The notes beneath the pieces were generated by a model. It was not told the origin of the DNA. It saw nothing but the letters and a program-made list of their open reading frames with translations, and ran no database searches. A program made the translations under genes and the position numbers. 64,000 bases of DNA from Octopus vulgaris (Eukaryota): positions 2,232,001-2,296,000 of the forward strand of contig OX597820.1 in the NCBI GenBank assembly GCA_951406725.2. Direction: 5' to 3'. This document shows positions 41,527 through 55,502 of this stretch, in pieces (positions within the stretch are counted from its first letter, which is position 1; the number at the start of each line of letters is the position of its first letter).

Positions 41527-42407
41527 TTTTTTTTTCTTCTTTCAAATTTGCTTCCATTTCTTGCCGAGTGTCTTCCCGACTCCTAGGGCAAAGAAACTCA
41601 TAGTATACATTGGTAGGCCATTAAACCAAACTCAGTAGTTCGTTCATTTTTTTTTTTTTTTTTAAGTTAAATTAAAATACATGAGCAGCAACAGTTCTCA
41701 CATCGACAATGCTCTTCTCAATACGTGTGATGTACCAGTTAAGACAATCTTTTGCACTTCTTGCAGGGATGGTAAGCCAGGGATCATTCTCATATAATTT
41801 TCGGTTCCCTTCTTGATCATTCCTAGTGCTCCTACGATCACTGGTATTGTAACCGCCTTGAGATGCCACATTTTCTCAATTTCAATGAGTAGGTCTTTAT
41901 ATTTTCTGAGCTTGTCAAACTCTTTCGCTGAGATATTATGATCACAGGGGATGCTCATGTCGATCAATAAGCAAACTTTATTGTTTTGGTCTTTCACAAC
42001 AATATCTGGTTTATTGGCCTTGATGGTTCGGTCTGTATGTACTGGAAAGTCCCACAGAATGGTTACATTTTCTCCTTCAGTTACAGCCTCAGGGTGGTGA
42101 TTATACCACTTGTCGGCAGTTTTGATATTGTAATGCCGACTTATTAGCCAGTGTAGATATTGGCCAACTCTGTCATGTCTTAATTTATACTCCACTGGTG
42201 CTAAGACTTTACATCCAGAGATTAGGTGGTCCACTGTTTCAATCATGTCGTTGCAGAATCGGCATTTTGGGTCTGCTCCATTTTTCATCACATTGGCCTG
42301 GTAGTTCCGGGTTAATAGGTTTTGATCTTGAGCAGCCAGGATGAAACCTTCGCTCTCTGCTTTTAGCCCTGAGCTCCGTAGCCACTGATGGGTTTGCTTC
42401 TCGTCAA
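41527..42407 (-). mobile_element. R4/Dong-like LINE 3' fragment (CCHC finger + RLE endonuclease) inserted in (TAA)n
   Basis: Open frame with CRFC..ETVDHLISGC, RHD, ILWDF, ANKPDIVV, LIDMSIP, KLRKYKDL and PVIVGALG. Long (TAT)n on both sides. Confidence 0.92.
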
Positions 42408-43480
<1,073 letters not shown>

Positions 43481-43941
43481 GTTTGAGGCGGTGAGCTGGC
43501 TGGATCGTTTGCACGCCGGGCGAAATGCTCAATTTCGTCCGTCTTTGCGTTCTGAGTTCAAATTCTGCCGGGGTCGCTAAAACAAGTACCAGTTAAGAAT
43601 TGGGGTCGATGCGATCGACTATCCCCCTCCCCTTAAAAACTGAGCCAAAATTTGAAACCATTATTATTTTCAATATTATTTTTCATTTGATTTTCATAGT
43701 ATTTCATCTTCTGGCCGGGTCTCAACCAGAAAATTAGATGGAGAGAAACTATTATTATTATTATTATTATTATTATTTTTATTCCAGCAGCAACTCCTCA
43801 GGTTCTTTTAAAAATTATTTCCGCGGAATTTTCCGATGAAGGTTTTTTTGTTAATATATTTATTTGCAGCTGAAATTATCTGGAGAGATAAAATGTGTGT
43901 GCGTGCACGCATGGGTGCGCGTGTGTATGCGTGTGTGTGTC

Positions 43942-43973
<32 letters not shown>

Positions 43974-44351
43974 TGTGTGTGTGCATGTGTGTGTGTGTGT
44001 TTGTGCGTTCGTGTGTTGACATTTCTGGATACAACCCAACTTTCTTTCGCCAGTAGCCTTGGAAAGCTGACAGATTTCGTAGTCATGTCAACAAAGCTGT
44101 TGACAGTGGAAGAAAGGGCTTGTGTCGGAGGTGCGGTGGGAGGTGCAGCAAAGGCTGCAGTGGGAGGATAACCATAATAGAGGTTGAGATGTGGCTGCTG
44201 AGTGATACATTTTTATCAGTGAAATGAAGGAGAAACTAGCTGGGAAAATGTATAAAGAGAAGCTGTAAGAAGATGAGTGACACGAGGGTTTAAGGGAGGG
44301 GTGAGGGGCGGAACGAGAAGCAAATTATACAAGAACAAGGGTGGGGGGGGA

Positions 44352-44625
44352 ATGGCACTCCGTCAGTTGCGACGACGAGTATTTCAGTTGATCCGATCAA
44401 CGGAACGGCCTATTCGTGGAATTAACATGCAAGTGGTTGAGTATTCCACAGACACACGTACCCTTAATGTAATTCTCAGGGAGACTCAGGCTGACCCCTT
44501 GAAATACAGGTACTGCTCATTTTTGCCAGCTGGAGCAACGTGAAATAAAGTATATCGCTCAAGGACACCTCGCGCCGCTGGGAATCGAACTCACGACTTT
44601 ACGATCGTGAACTGAATACACTAAG
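44352..44625 (-). mobile_element. tRNA-derived SINE family B
   Basis: Reverse complement of 46245-46565 and 61245-61632 (gagttcgatt, ccttgagcaa, tail gtcgcaaccgacggagtg). A related head lies at ~39955-40220. Confidence 0.8.
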
Positions 44626-45022
44626 CAGAAACAGTAGCAGTAATGCCAACGAAGTCGACATGGGAAATTCTACGTGCTGAAAATAACAGCCAAATCCCCC
44701 TACAATCCCCCCTCCCCTCCGGTTCACACTCTACCGCCTTAATGAAGGGAAGAAAAAAATGTTTGTGATTGATGGGATGTTGGTCACGGGCAGAAAGGCT
44801 TGTTCATCGATCTGTTTGATCAGAGTTGATCTGATGTCAGCTCAAGAGATCTCTGATGGAGCAAATCAACAACAACAACAGCAACAACAGCAAAGCATTT
44901 AAAACAACAACATTTAAAACAAAAAATAAAATGTTCTTGTGAGACATAAATACAAGAATTCCAACCGGATCGGGTTAAAGCGGAACGGAAGTGAATTTCA
45001 TAAGGCATTATTTATCTTTCAG

Positions 45023-45190
45023 TCAAATGGTATCTTTGACCGAACTGGTTATATACAACCAAGGTACCCTGAGTCTTGGGTACCTAAGCCATTCAGTGGA
45101 GTTGCAATGCAAACAGTAGCACGGAATATGGCAGCGGAGGGATATCCAGGAGTCATGACTGGGATGCGGCCCGACTACTTTACGACGTAA
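45023..45190 (+). CDS. Candidate terminal coding exon of an unidentified host gene
   Basis: Acceptor tttatctttcAG (45021-22), then 55 high-complexity codons SNGIFDRTGYIQPRYPESWVPKPFSGVAMQTVARNMAAEGYPGVMTGMRPDYFTT*, with AATAAA at ~45580. No family recognised. Confidence 0.4.
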   Translation, partial: SNGIFDRTGYIQPRYPESWVPKPFSGVAMQTVARNMAAEGYPGVMTGMRPDYFTT

Positions 45191-46244
45191 GGGGTTTAGA
45201 GCCGAAACACTTTTATGATATGAGTCCTTCTCTGATGACCTGTTGTTCGGCTCTTCTCTTTCTTTATCTTTAGTTTTCCTTTTTTTTTGTTCAAGAAAGG
45301 ACCTTCTAAAATTGGGTGTGACGTATCAGGCTGAACCGGCTACAACACCTAAGGTACCTTGGCTTTAGGGCATTATCCAGGAGAGTTGTGATGCAAACGG
45401 TTAAACAGAATGTGACAGCATGGAATATCCCGAAGTCATGACCTGAATGTGGCCCAATCCCGTACAATTAAGGAGCGAAAGACTAGCATATGGTGAAAGG
45501 GGCCTTCATCTCTGAAGACCTCTTCGCACTAGAGTTTCTTATTGCTGTAGCACGATTTTATTATCCGGAACGTATCAACAATAAACATTCAGACATCAGA
45601 ATGACATAGGACTGGAGACAATGGGGCCTCAGGGCCACAAGACCTAAACGGTGGGGGTGGTCGATTGCACTGACCCCCGCGCACGCACACTATTTGACTA
45701 ATTTATTATTTCATCGATCTCGAAAGGTAAAGTTGATCTCAGCGTGGTTTGAACTCAGAGGGTATCCATGACTAAACACCACAAGGCATTTTGTCTGATA
45801 TGGAATGAGTATGCCAATTGGTCGTTTTCATCTTCCATCTTTCAATTCAGTGAATGGACTGTGACCATGCTGGGGCACTACCTTGACGGAGTTCAGTCGA
45901 ACAGATCGACCCCGGTACTTATTCTAGTCATCTCTTTTACCGAACCGCTAAGTTACAAGAACGTAAACAAAACAACGCCGGTTGTCAAGCGGTGAGGGGA
46001 ATAAATACAAACACGATCATACGTGAGCGCATGCGTGCATTCGCATATACACAACGAGCTTCTGTACAGTTTCCGTCGACTGAATTCACTCACAAGGCAT
46101 TGGTCGGCCTGTGGCTATAGCAGAGGATACTTGACCAAGGTGCCGCGGGGTAGGACCAAACCGAACCCGAAACCAGATGTTTGCAAAGCGAGTTCCTTAA
46201 CCACACAGCCATGCCTGCGCCTTTATATAGAACAACATGTGAAG

Positions 46245-46565
46245 GCTGGTGGCTAAATGGTCTGGGCATTCGGATCACGACTGTAAGGTTGTGAGTTCGA
46301 TTTCCAGCGTCGCGTTGAGCCCTTGAGCAAGACACTTTATTTCACTTTATTGCTCCAGTCCACTCAGCTGGCAATAAGGAGTAGTACCTGTAATTCGAAC
46401 GGCCGGCCTTGTCACATTCTGTGTCACGCTCGATCTCCCTGAGAACTTACTTTAAGTGTACACGTGTCTGTGGAGTGCTCAGCCACTTGCATGTTAACTT
46501 CACGAGTAGGCTGTTCCGTTGATCCGATTTACTGCAAGCCTCATCGTCGCAACCGACGGAGTGTC
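46245..46565 (+). mobile_element. SINE family B
   Basis: A/B-box head tggctaaatgg..gagttcgatt and conserved tail. Head-to-head with a family C copy at ~45845-46220. Confidence 0.8.
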
Positions 46566-47004
46566 AGCTTTTTTAATAGAGAACAATAACAAAGATGCAC
46601 AATTTATAAAACGGAAGTCAAAAACACGTTATTCCAAAGTCAGAGACGAAGGAATGACCATGGCAACAAATCCAGCGAAGTCTCTAATAACTTATATGTT
46701 ACACGAATTAATGAAGTTTCCAGTTTCTAATTAAAATTATTACATAATGCAGAGGAAACCTTAGAAATAGCTGGCATTGGTACACTAATTAAATCAGATA
46801 CGAATCCAAACAGTTTGCCGGAGGTGAAAAAACCGCGTTAATTTCGCCAAACAAAACCTGGCAAAGCATTCTGGAATCTGTTTTCAATAATCGAAACCCG
46901 AATATCTCGGTTGGCCAAATGACTGCTTGATCATCTGAAGGATAAAGACATCCTGTCGAATTAGCAGGAACAGGACAAGAGGATGTGTATTTAGGAATAT
47001 ATGC

Positions 47005-47040
<36 letters not shown>

Positions 47041-47498
47041 TGTAGTAGAGTCCATCCCATACATACATACATGTATGCATGCATGCATGCATACATGTAT
47101 GTATACATGCATGCATACATGTATGTATACATGCATGCATGCATACATGTATGTATACATGCATGCATACATGTATGTATACATGCATGCATGCATACAT
47201 GTATGCATACATACATGCATACATGTATGTATACATGCATGCATGCATACATGTATGTATACATGCATGCATGCATACATGTATGTATGCATGCATGTAA
47301 CGTATGCATGAACGTATATATGTCTACATGTATGTGTGTATGCATGTATGTCTACATGCATGTATGCATGCTTGCGTGTATGTATGTATGCTTGTATGTA
47401 TGATTTGTATGCACGAATATCCTACCAAATAGACAGAAATGTCATAAAGGTGCCTGCATACACACACACATACATATATGAATATGTATGTGTGTATG

Positions 47499-47564
<66 letters not shown>

Positions 47565-47844
47565 CGTATGTATGCATGTATATCTACATCTAGCTATGTG
47601 TGTGTGTGTGTAGTGTAGTGTGTGTGTGTGTGTGTAGTGTGTGTGTGTAGTGTATATGCGTATACGTCGAACAAATTGCTGAGCGGCATTTATTACGGCT
47701 TTACGTTCTGAGTTCAAATTCTGCCGAGGTCGTCTTTACTCTTCGTCCTTCTGGCCTCGATAAAATAAGTACCAGTTGGCACCGGGGTCGATGTATTCAA
47801 CACTCCACCTCACCCGAAAATACTATCCTTGAACCAAAAATTTG

Positions 47845-47878
<34 letters not shown>

Positions 47879-48377
47879 TAACAGCAACTATTTTCTTCGA
47901 AGTTTCGCCGATGCTGACTTGTCAAAAACATTGTTTACCAAGGACCGGTAATGGGTTGACATAGTAACCTAACATCTAATTGTTTGTATCACGGCATCGC
48001 ATATCTGTTCGAATGATGTTCAGTTAAGCAGTCGATGCATCAGAGGAGACATCGCCAGGATGACTAAGCACATTAAAGACCGCCTCCTCCTCCTCCCTTC
48101 ACTTTGCTTTCGCTTTCGTTTTCGCCGTCAGAATCAAAACTTTCCAACCCCGTCTCCTCTCTTTGTAATATATTTATTGTTTCCATCTTTAACTTGTTTC
48201 AGTCATTCGATTGCGACCATGCTGGAGCACCACCTTCAAGGGTTTTAGTCGGACAAATCGACTCCAAGGCTTTTTATAAAGTCTGGGTACATGTTCTATC
48301 GTTCTCTTTTGCCGAATCGCTATGTTCGGGGACTAAATACACCAACACCGATTGTCAAAGACACAAAGATACACACT

Positions 48378-49490
48378 TTTGGAATCCGGCCTGGAAGTCA
48401 TTTTCCGCGAGTCGAGGATTTTCTGCGATTCGCTCTTGATTTCGACAACCGTGTTAAAACGGCAACCTTTGAATTGCATTTTCATCTTGGGGAAGGGATG
48501 GGAGTCTGCTAAATCTGGTGAGTAAGGTGGGTGCGGAAGCAATACCATGTTGTTTTTGACGAGAGCCTTACAAGTGAGGAGAGCTCGTTGACAGGTGCAT
48601 TGTGTTTGCGAGGAATCCAATTTTTGGTGCTCCACAGATCCGGTCGCTTTCGCCGGATGTCCTCTTTTCGGAACGCTTCAGAACGTTGCAGTAGAATTCT
48701 CGATTGGCGGTCTGGCCTTGGCAAACGAATCCTCGATGCACAAATACTGCTCTTGATTGAGCTGCGGCTCTGTGGTTGCCTTCTTGGGTCGTGGAAGTGA
48801 AGGACTCTTCCATTGTGACGACTGCTGCTTTATCTCAGGGTCGTACCCGTAGACCCAACTCTCGTCACCGGTAATGAAGAATGGGTCATTAGCGGCACGC
48901 TGACGGAGATCTCGACAGACTTCGCCGCCATGTTCTTCCTGCTCAGTGGTCGGTGGGCGGAGGACAAACTTGCCAGTGACACGCCGCATGTTCAATTCAC
49001 ACGTTAGGATTGCCTGCTGCACGGACCTCGGACGACAGACCAACAACATCAGCAATGTCGTTGATTGTCCTCCGACGATCCTCATACACAAACTGAGGAT
49101 TTTTCACCACATTTCGGTAGGGGGGGGCCGTTTGTGGCAGGTTTTCCAGATCACCCATCGTCTTCTGAGGACGCTCTTCCGCTTTTGAAGCGCCCGTGCC
49201 ACTCGAAACATGGCACACGACCCATTACATTATTACCATAAGCTTGCCAAAGCATGCTCAATGTCTCGGTAGCAGACTTCGCAAGTTTCACACAAAATGT
49301 CATGTTGGCTCTTCCTTCCAAATTCCTGTCCATGGCAAAATCACAAAAACACAGATTTCACAATTTGTGAAGTAAACACAAGACTGTCACCCGGCACACT
49401 TCCTAATGAAGGTCACTGCACATGCAACCGTGTGCTGCCATCTGTTGGCTCGCTACAGAACTCGTCCGGGAACTCTTCGACACCACCTTG
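48378..49490 (-). mobile_element. Defective mariner transposon, 3'-truncated
   Basis: 5' TIR ta-caaggtggtgtcgaagagttcccgg. Transposase motifs FCVKLAKSATET, FEWHGRFKSGR, ITGDESWVYGYDPE and HPPYSPDLA are spread over several frames. Confidence 0.92.
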
Positions 49491-49528
49491 TAAATATATA
49501 TATAATGGATAATAAATATGTGAGTGTG

Positions 49529-49592
<64 letters not shown>

Positions 49593-49687
49593 GGTGTGTG
49601 TGTGTGTTGGTGTGTATGTATAAAGCCAAAGACTGGAATTTGTACTGTTATATTTAATCCTTTATGTTAGTTGTTGTTGTGTTTGAT

Positions 49688-50010
49688 GTAGGAGAATAAT
49701 TCGCTTTTACGACGACAGTGTGTTCAACATATCCGGTTCGTTGTCGCACTGTATTCTGGGATACCAGTGCAAATAACCTTTTTCTTTTCTTCTTTTTATT
49801 GGTTGGCAGATACAAGAACCGATTAACAAACATTTTGTTAGCTGAAATTATAAACAAAACCAACGACTTGGTTTTGACTCAAAGGTTCAGTTATTTCTGG
49901 CTGACGAGACACGTAGAAACACAGATGTCCCAGAATGCCGCACACCAACGAGCTTAGTATGTTGCCCACGCTGTTGTCGTAAAAGAAGGAGATGGAAGTT
50001 ATTCTCCTGT
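49688..50010. repeat. Degenerate fold-back element with hammerhead motif
   Basis: aggagaataa..cttttacgacgacagtgtg..attctggga is mirrored by tcccagaat..cacgctgttgtcgtaaaag..ttattctcct. Confidence 0.7.
49895..49935 (+). ncRNA. Minimal hammerhead ribozyme motif
   Basis: ttctgg-CTGACGA-gacacgta-GAAAC-acagat-GTC-ccagaa. Perfect 6-bp stem I and a GUC triplet; stem II is poorly paired. Confidence 0.65.
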
Positions 50011-50689
50011 GACATATACTACAACGACCGGCATATTTTGTGTCTGAACCTACCTAGACGTGTTAATGATACTTAAGAAAATATTCACTCCTGGTCTCGC
50101 AGCACACAGTACAAATAACGATTGTTTTAAAAGAGAAGAATTTAAATAAATCCTAAAGAAAACTCATATACGCGCACGTACATAATAGGCAACTGCTTCA
50201 AAACCTTCAGATTCTATATGCAGATTATAAATTCCCATTTATACCAGTAATAATAGGTGCACTTGGCTTTGTGAGTAAATCTTCAAGTGATAATCTGGAC
50301 GAGCTAGAGTTTTCAGAAAAAGCAGTCAACCAACAAACTCGCACATTACAAATACAATATGTAAGTGGAACAATAAAAATATGCAAGATTTTTCTCAAGT
50401 ATAAAATGTCACATTCTTATTTGTTCACATTCCAACGATGGAACCCGGTATCTTTGTTAGAAAGCAGCTCCTTCTTCACAGGAAGAGTTTGAATAATAAA
50501 AAACAGAAGAGACCATACATACATACATACATATATACATATGCATACATACATGCATACATACATACATACATGCATGCATACATACATGTATGCATAC
50601 ATGCATGCATACATACATACATACATACATACATACATACATACATGCATGCATACATACATACATACATACATACATACATACATACA

Positions 50690-50722
<33 letters not shown>

Positions 50723-50723
50723 T

Positions 50724-51365
50724 ATGGCTGCCCCCTCGTTATCGAGTATGGCCATTGCACGAAGCTTAGCTGTTATTGGTGCTGTGATCGAATGTGACTT
50801 TTATTTGCTTTTTAAGGCTACAGCCAGCTATTCAGTTGAGACTCACAGCACCATCAACAACCATGAACAATGTTGTTATCGTGCAATGCCTGTGCAAGAA
50901 GATTTTTTTTTAAGTGAAGAAAGGCTGTGCACTGAGTCAATCCCACTCAATAAGCAACAGCAGCCATAATCCGAAAAGAAGAACAAGTCAACATCATCGG
51001 TAACCACTGAGCCGCAGGTTTTATGTCGGAGTTATCCCAGTTACCTGAGTTACCTTCTCCTAAAAGGATGCCCTAACAAAGGCTAGGAGTCCCTCACTCC
51101 CAATGGTTTAACCGCACGATCGGCTATTCAGTCCGATTATTTCTATGTCCCCTGCGCATGATACAGCCTTAAGACATTTATTGGATGGCCGTTGACTCTC
51201 AAGAGTTCCTTCGCCCTTTGATGGGTTTTGCTTTTCATCCCGCAGGGTGTCCAATAAACACCCTCCTCATCAAGCAAGCTTGGTGGGGTTGCCGGTTTAG
51301 TCGCCGACGGCCCGACCATGCAACAGGTTATACTGGGTTATATGTTACCAGTAGCACTCGAAAGT
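50724..51365 (-). mobile_element. Probable non-autonomous (internally deleted) RTE-clade element
   Basis: GC-richer segment between (TACA)n tracts. The terminal ggctgccccctcgttatcgag and internal ccttctcc..aaggcta motifs resemble RTE ends, recognised from memory only. Confidence 0.4.
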
Positions 51366-51401
51366 GACCTGACATACATACATACATAATTACATACATA
51401 A

Positions 51402-51432
<31 letters not shown>

Positions 51433-52498
51433 CATGCATGCATGCATGCATACATACATGCATACATGTATGCATACATACATGCATACATGCATGCATA
51501 CATACATATATGCATGCATACATACATACATACATACATACATACATACATACATACATACATACATACATACATACATACATACATACATGCGTACATA
51601 CATGCGTACATACATGCATGCATGCATACACATGTAAAAAATAATTTTGAGTAAATCGAAAAAGTTGTCGAATGCATAAAAAATATATAATCTCTCTTTG
51701 TGAATAGATTATTTTAGACAGACTCCCGACCTCTACAACTATTCAGAGCTTTTTCCCTAAACACCTCGAATAAATATGTTGAATGAAACCACCAATGGCT
51801 AAAAACGTTATGATCAAACTACAAATCGTTTGTTATATTGTCGTGGGTTTGAAAATGTATACAAGAGCAAGCTGCAAGCTGAGAGACTGAGAAACTTGCT
51901 AAAATCAATACATTGATTTAGCTGCGATATTAAAATTAGTATTGGGTTAGATAAATAACTTAAAGCCACCTGAAGTAGAGGTGAGTTAATAAAAAATACT
52001 CGTAGTTAAGTCCACAACTGTACTGCAGTTAAGTTTCATTAGGCACTGAAATGAGAGGATTAAAGTAAGAAATGCGACACAAGTACTTCGGAGGAGATTA
52101 AAAATTTAAATACAATATATAGGAATATATATGAAAAGATGGCTACAGAATGGTCAATCAATGACTTATGTTAAAGATTCAAGTGAATGATAGAAATAAA
52201 ATTATTGAGTAGTATTTTTGTTTTATCAGTCAGTCATAAAGTATTGTTTTATTATAATAGGTTGCAACATGGAGCGAGGTAATAGAATCGTTAGCATGTC
52301 GAAAATGCTTCGCGGTATTTCTTCCGGTTTTGCACTTTGAATTCAAATTCTGCTGAGTTCGGCTTGGCCTTTTATGTTTTTGTGGGGGTCGATTGAGTAA
52401 GTGCCAAGCACCAGGAATGAGGTAATCGACTTCTCCACACCCAAGTTGCTGGCCTTGTACCAATAATAGAAAGAGTTGGAGATTGGAACTTAAGTGAC

Positions 52499-52575
<77 letters not shown>

Positions 52576-53171
52576 ATAAATATTAGGGAATGAATCCAAA
52601 TTTACAGGGAAAAATCAGATTTAGGGTTAAATCCAATTTTATAGTAAAATATTATATAATATAATTCGAGACAAAACCACTATTTTTAAATCAAACAAGG
52701 AAAGACTTAATCAATACATAAAATTTTAATATAAAGTGATAGACTTTTTAGGCAGAATCCTCACCCTGCTTCTTATTAGTGAATGATCTGTGTCACAATC
52801 CGCGCTGTGGTAACTACGGGTCAGCTGAACAGAATTCAGAAAGGGTCTTCGTGTAATGATGAGATCCAGCTGATGCCAGTGGTGAGATCTTGGATGTCTC
52901 TAAGATGCCTTGTGGGATGTCTTGTTGGCAAAGAATGTGTTAGTGATGCACAGGTTATGGTATGTGCAAAATTCAAGTAGTCTCTGGCCATTGTCTTTCA
53001 TGTTGCCAATACCAAAACACATACACTTACATATATACATACATATATACACGATCGATTTGTTTCAGTTCTTGTCTGCGAAATCCATATATATATATAT
53101 ATGTTTATTTTAGTAGTTTTGACTGCAAAAGTCCCTCCTAGCGTGCGGTACCTATGAATAATAGTATCCTC

Positions 53172-53210
<39 letters not shown>

Positions 53211-53938
53211 TGCATACACACACATACATACATATATATTTGGAATTTGCAAAAGAAACGAACAAAAGACGAAGACGGGTGTGTAAACAGCAAACAGGTT
53301 TATTAGTTTAACGCTTCGGACTTAGGAAAATTTATATAGGGAGTACTACTAATTTTAAAATTAAATATAGGGGACACAAGAATTCATTTATTCACCCCTA
53401 TATAAAAAATTACAGACATTTTAGTATGTTGTAAGCATAAATATTTAGGGTCTTATAATTTTCTTAAACTTTAAAATATAATTTTTTAGAATATAAAAGC
53501 TTTTTGAAAATACGGTCCAATTAGGTCATTAGATCTAATGAACACTTATGCACAAACCTGTAATCTTAAATTATTTTTTTTATAGTAGAGAGTGGAATAT
53601 TCCTATTGGCTATTATTTGCATGATTAACTAGAGTTAACCTTTCAATGAATTTCATTTCTTCTTTAAATGTGGTAATCCTCTTGAAAATCTGTCACTTAT
53701 TCTCGATACTCATAAACTGAACTTTCACCAACTGAATACTCACCATGTAGTGCCTTAATGCTTTTTGCTGGATTTTACCTCGAGAAAGGAACCCTGAGGA
53801 AGGAGGGCTGAATTTCGAATACTTCGTACAACCACTTTACTGAAACGGCTGCAGGTTAGGAAAAAAATGTTAATCGCCTCTTTCAATTTAGGTTTTTATT
53901 TTTCATGTTTATATTCGTATTTCATTGTTATGTTTATA

Positions 53939-54513
53939 TTGGGTTGTCCGGAAAGTTCGTTCTGATTTTTAAAGGAAAGTAAAGGTCACTAAATACTTGC
54001 CATTACATTTTTAATCATCCAAATCTGAACCATTTCGTTGCACAATACGTCTCGATCTTTCCTTTACCTTGAAAATACCCTTCTTCCCAGAATTGGGGTG
54101 GTTTCAAGGCAAATAATTCGTCAAGGTATCTTTTTACGTCATCTAAGGAATTGAAATTTTTACCATTAAGACTTTTCTGCAGAGACCTGAATAAGTGGAA
54201 ATCCGAAGGAGCAATATCTGGGGAATAGGGAGGGTGGGGGTAACACATCCCAGCCGAGCTGCAGCAATTTTGTCTGGTTCCCAAAGCATTAAGTGCCGAA
54301 AATGAACTTTCTCATCTTTTATTTTAAAGGGTTACAGAATTAACCACAGGTTATAGGAACATAAACTTTCTTCCACGAAAAGATAGCTTAAACTGTGCTC
54401 TAAATGGAGGTGTAGTCAAATCCTATTTTATGGACTCAAACATGTTCTAAAATTCTAAAATAAGTCGAAAGATAAGCTACTATAAATCGGCACGAACTTT
54501 CCGGACAACCCAA
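53939..54513 (-). mobile_element. Internally deleted mariner with both TIRs and TA TSD
   Basis: ta-ttgggttgtccggaaagttcgt / acgaactttccggacaacccaa-ta. Retains HPPYSPDIAPSDFHLFRSLQ. Confidence 0.93.
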
Positions 54514-54766
54514 TATTTCTATATTTTTATCATGAAACTCTTAACATAAATATGTGTATATTCGTATGGAATAATACCTCATGTGCCACATCTGAATTTT
54601 CTTGTCTGAATGTTTTAAGACAAATATCCGAAATTTTTATCGTATACCACATTTTATTAATACTTAGCTCATATACGGAGACAAAAATGTTGTACTATAT
54701 ACTGCAGGTTATCTCCATTAAAATTCTCGAATTATATACATTATATATATATATATATAATATACA

Positions 54767-55494
54767 CACTGGCGAAAATAAATTTAAGACCGATGATACA
54801 AGTTCTATTTCTTACAAAATATCCTGTTACTAGTCCTTTGCCGATCTTTATATTGACCAGTCTCCGAGTATAACTTCCACGCTCGCACGCAAGCCGGTTT
54901 ACTGCACTTTAGTTGCTTGCTGATGTTCGAAAAGGAAACTTTTTGCTGTAATATACGATTTTTGCTCTCGTGACTGGACTAAGGCTACGTTGTTTTCCCA
55001 TTATTAATAAATTGTATAATAACATTAAATTATAACTTTATATGGTGCATTTAGGCTCGTTGTGTGACCATCCATTTTGGCCAAAAAAATTGCATACATA
55101 TTACATGGTCTTAAACTAATTTTGCCGGTAAATTTGAAACGTTTATATTACGTTCTGAGTTCAAATTCCGCCGAGGTCGACTTTGCCTTTCATCCTTTCG
55201 GGGTCGATAAATATAAGTACCAGCTACGCACTGGGGTAGATGTAATCGACTTAATCCGTTTGTCTGTCCTTGTTTGTCCCCTCTATGTTTAGCCCCTTGT
55301 GGGCAGTAAAGAAATATATATTAATTTAGCATTAGAATTCTTCAAGTTGTATAAAAATTGTTTGCATCATTCGAAAGAGAAATAAATTTTGCATAAGGTG
55401 TAAAAGATATAAATAATTTGTATGGTGTTAGTAACAAAATATTTTGTAAGAAATAGAACTTTTATCGTCGGTCTTAAATATATTTTCGCCAATG
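54767..55494. mobile_element. Tc1/mariner-type MITE with ~65-bp TIRs, containing a SINE A fragment
   Basis: cactggcgaaaataaatttaagaccgatgat..ttcttacaaaatat / atattttgtaagaa..atcgtcggtcttaaatatattttcgccaatg-ta. Confidence 0.8.
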
Positions 55495-55502
55495 TATATA
55501 TC

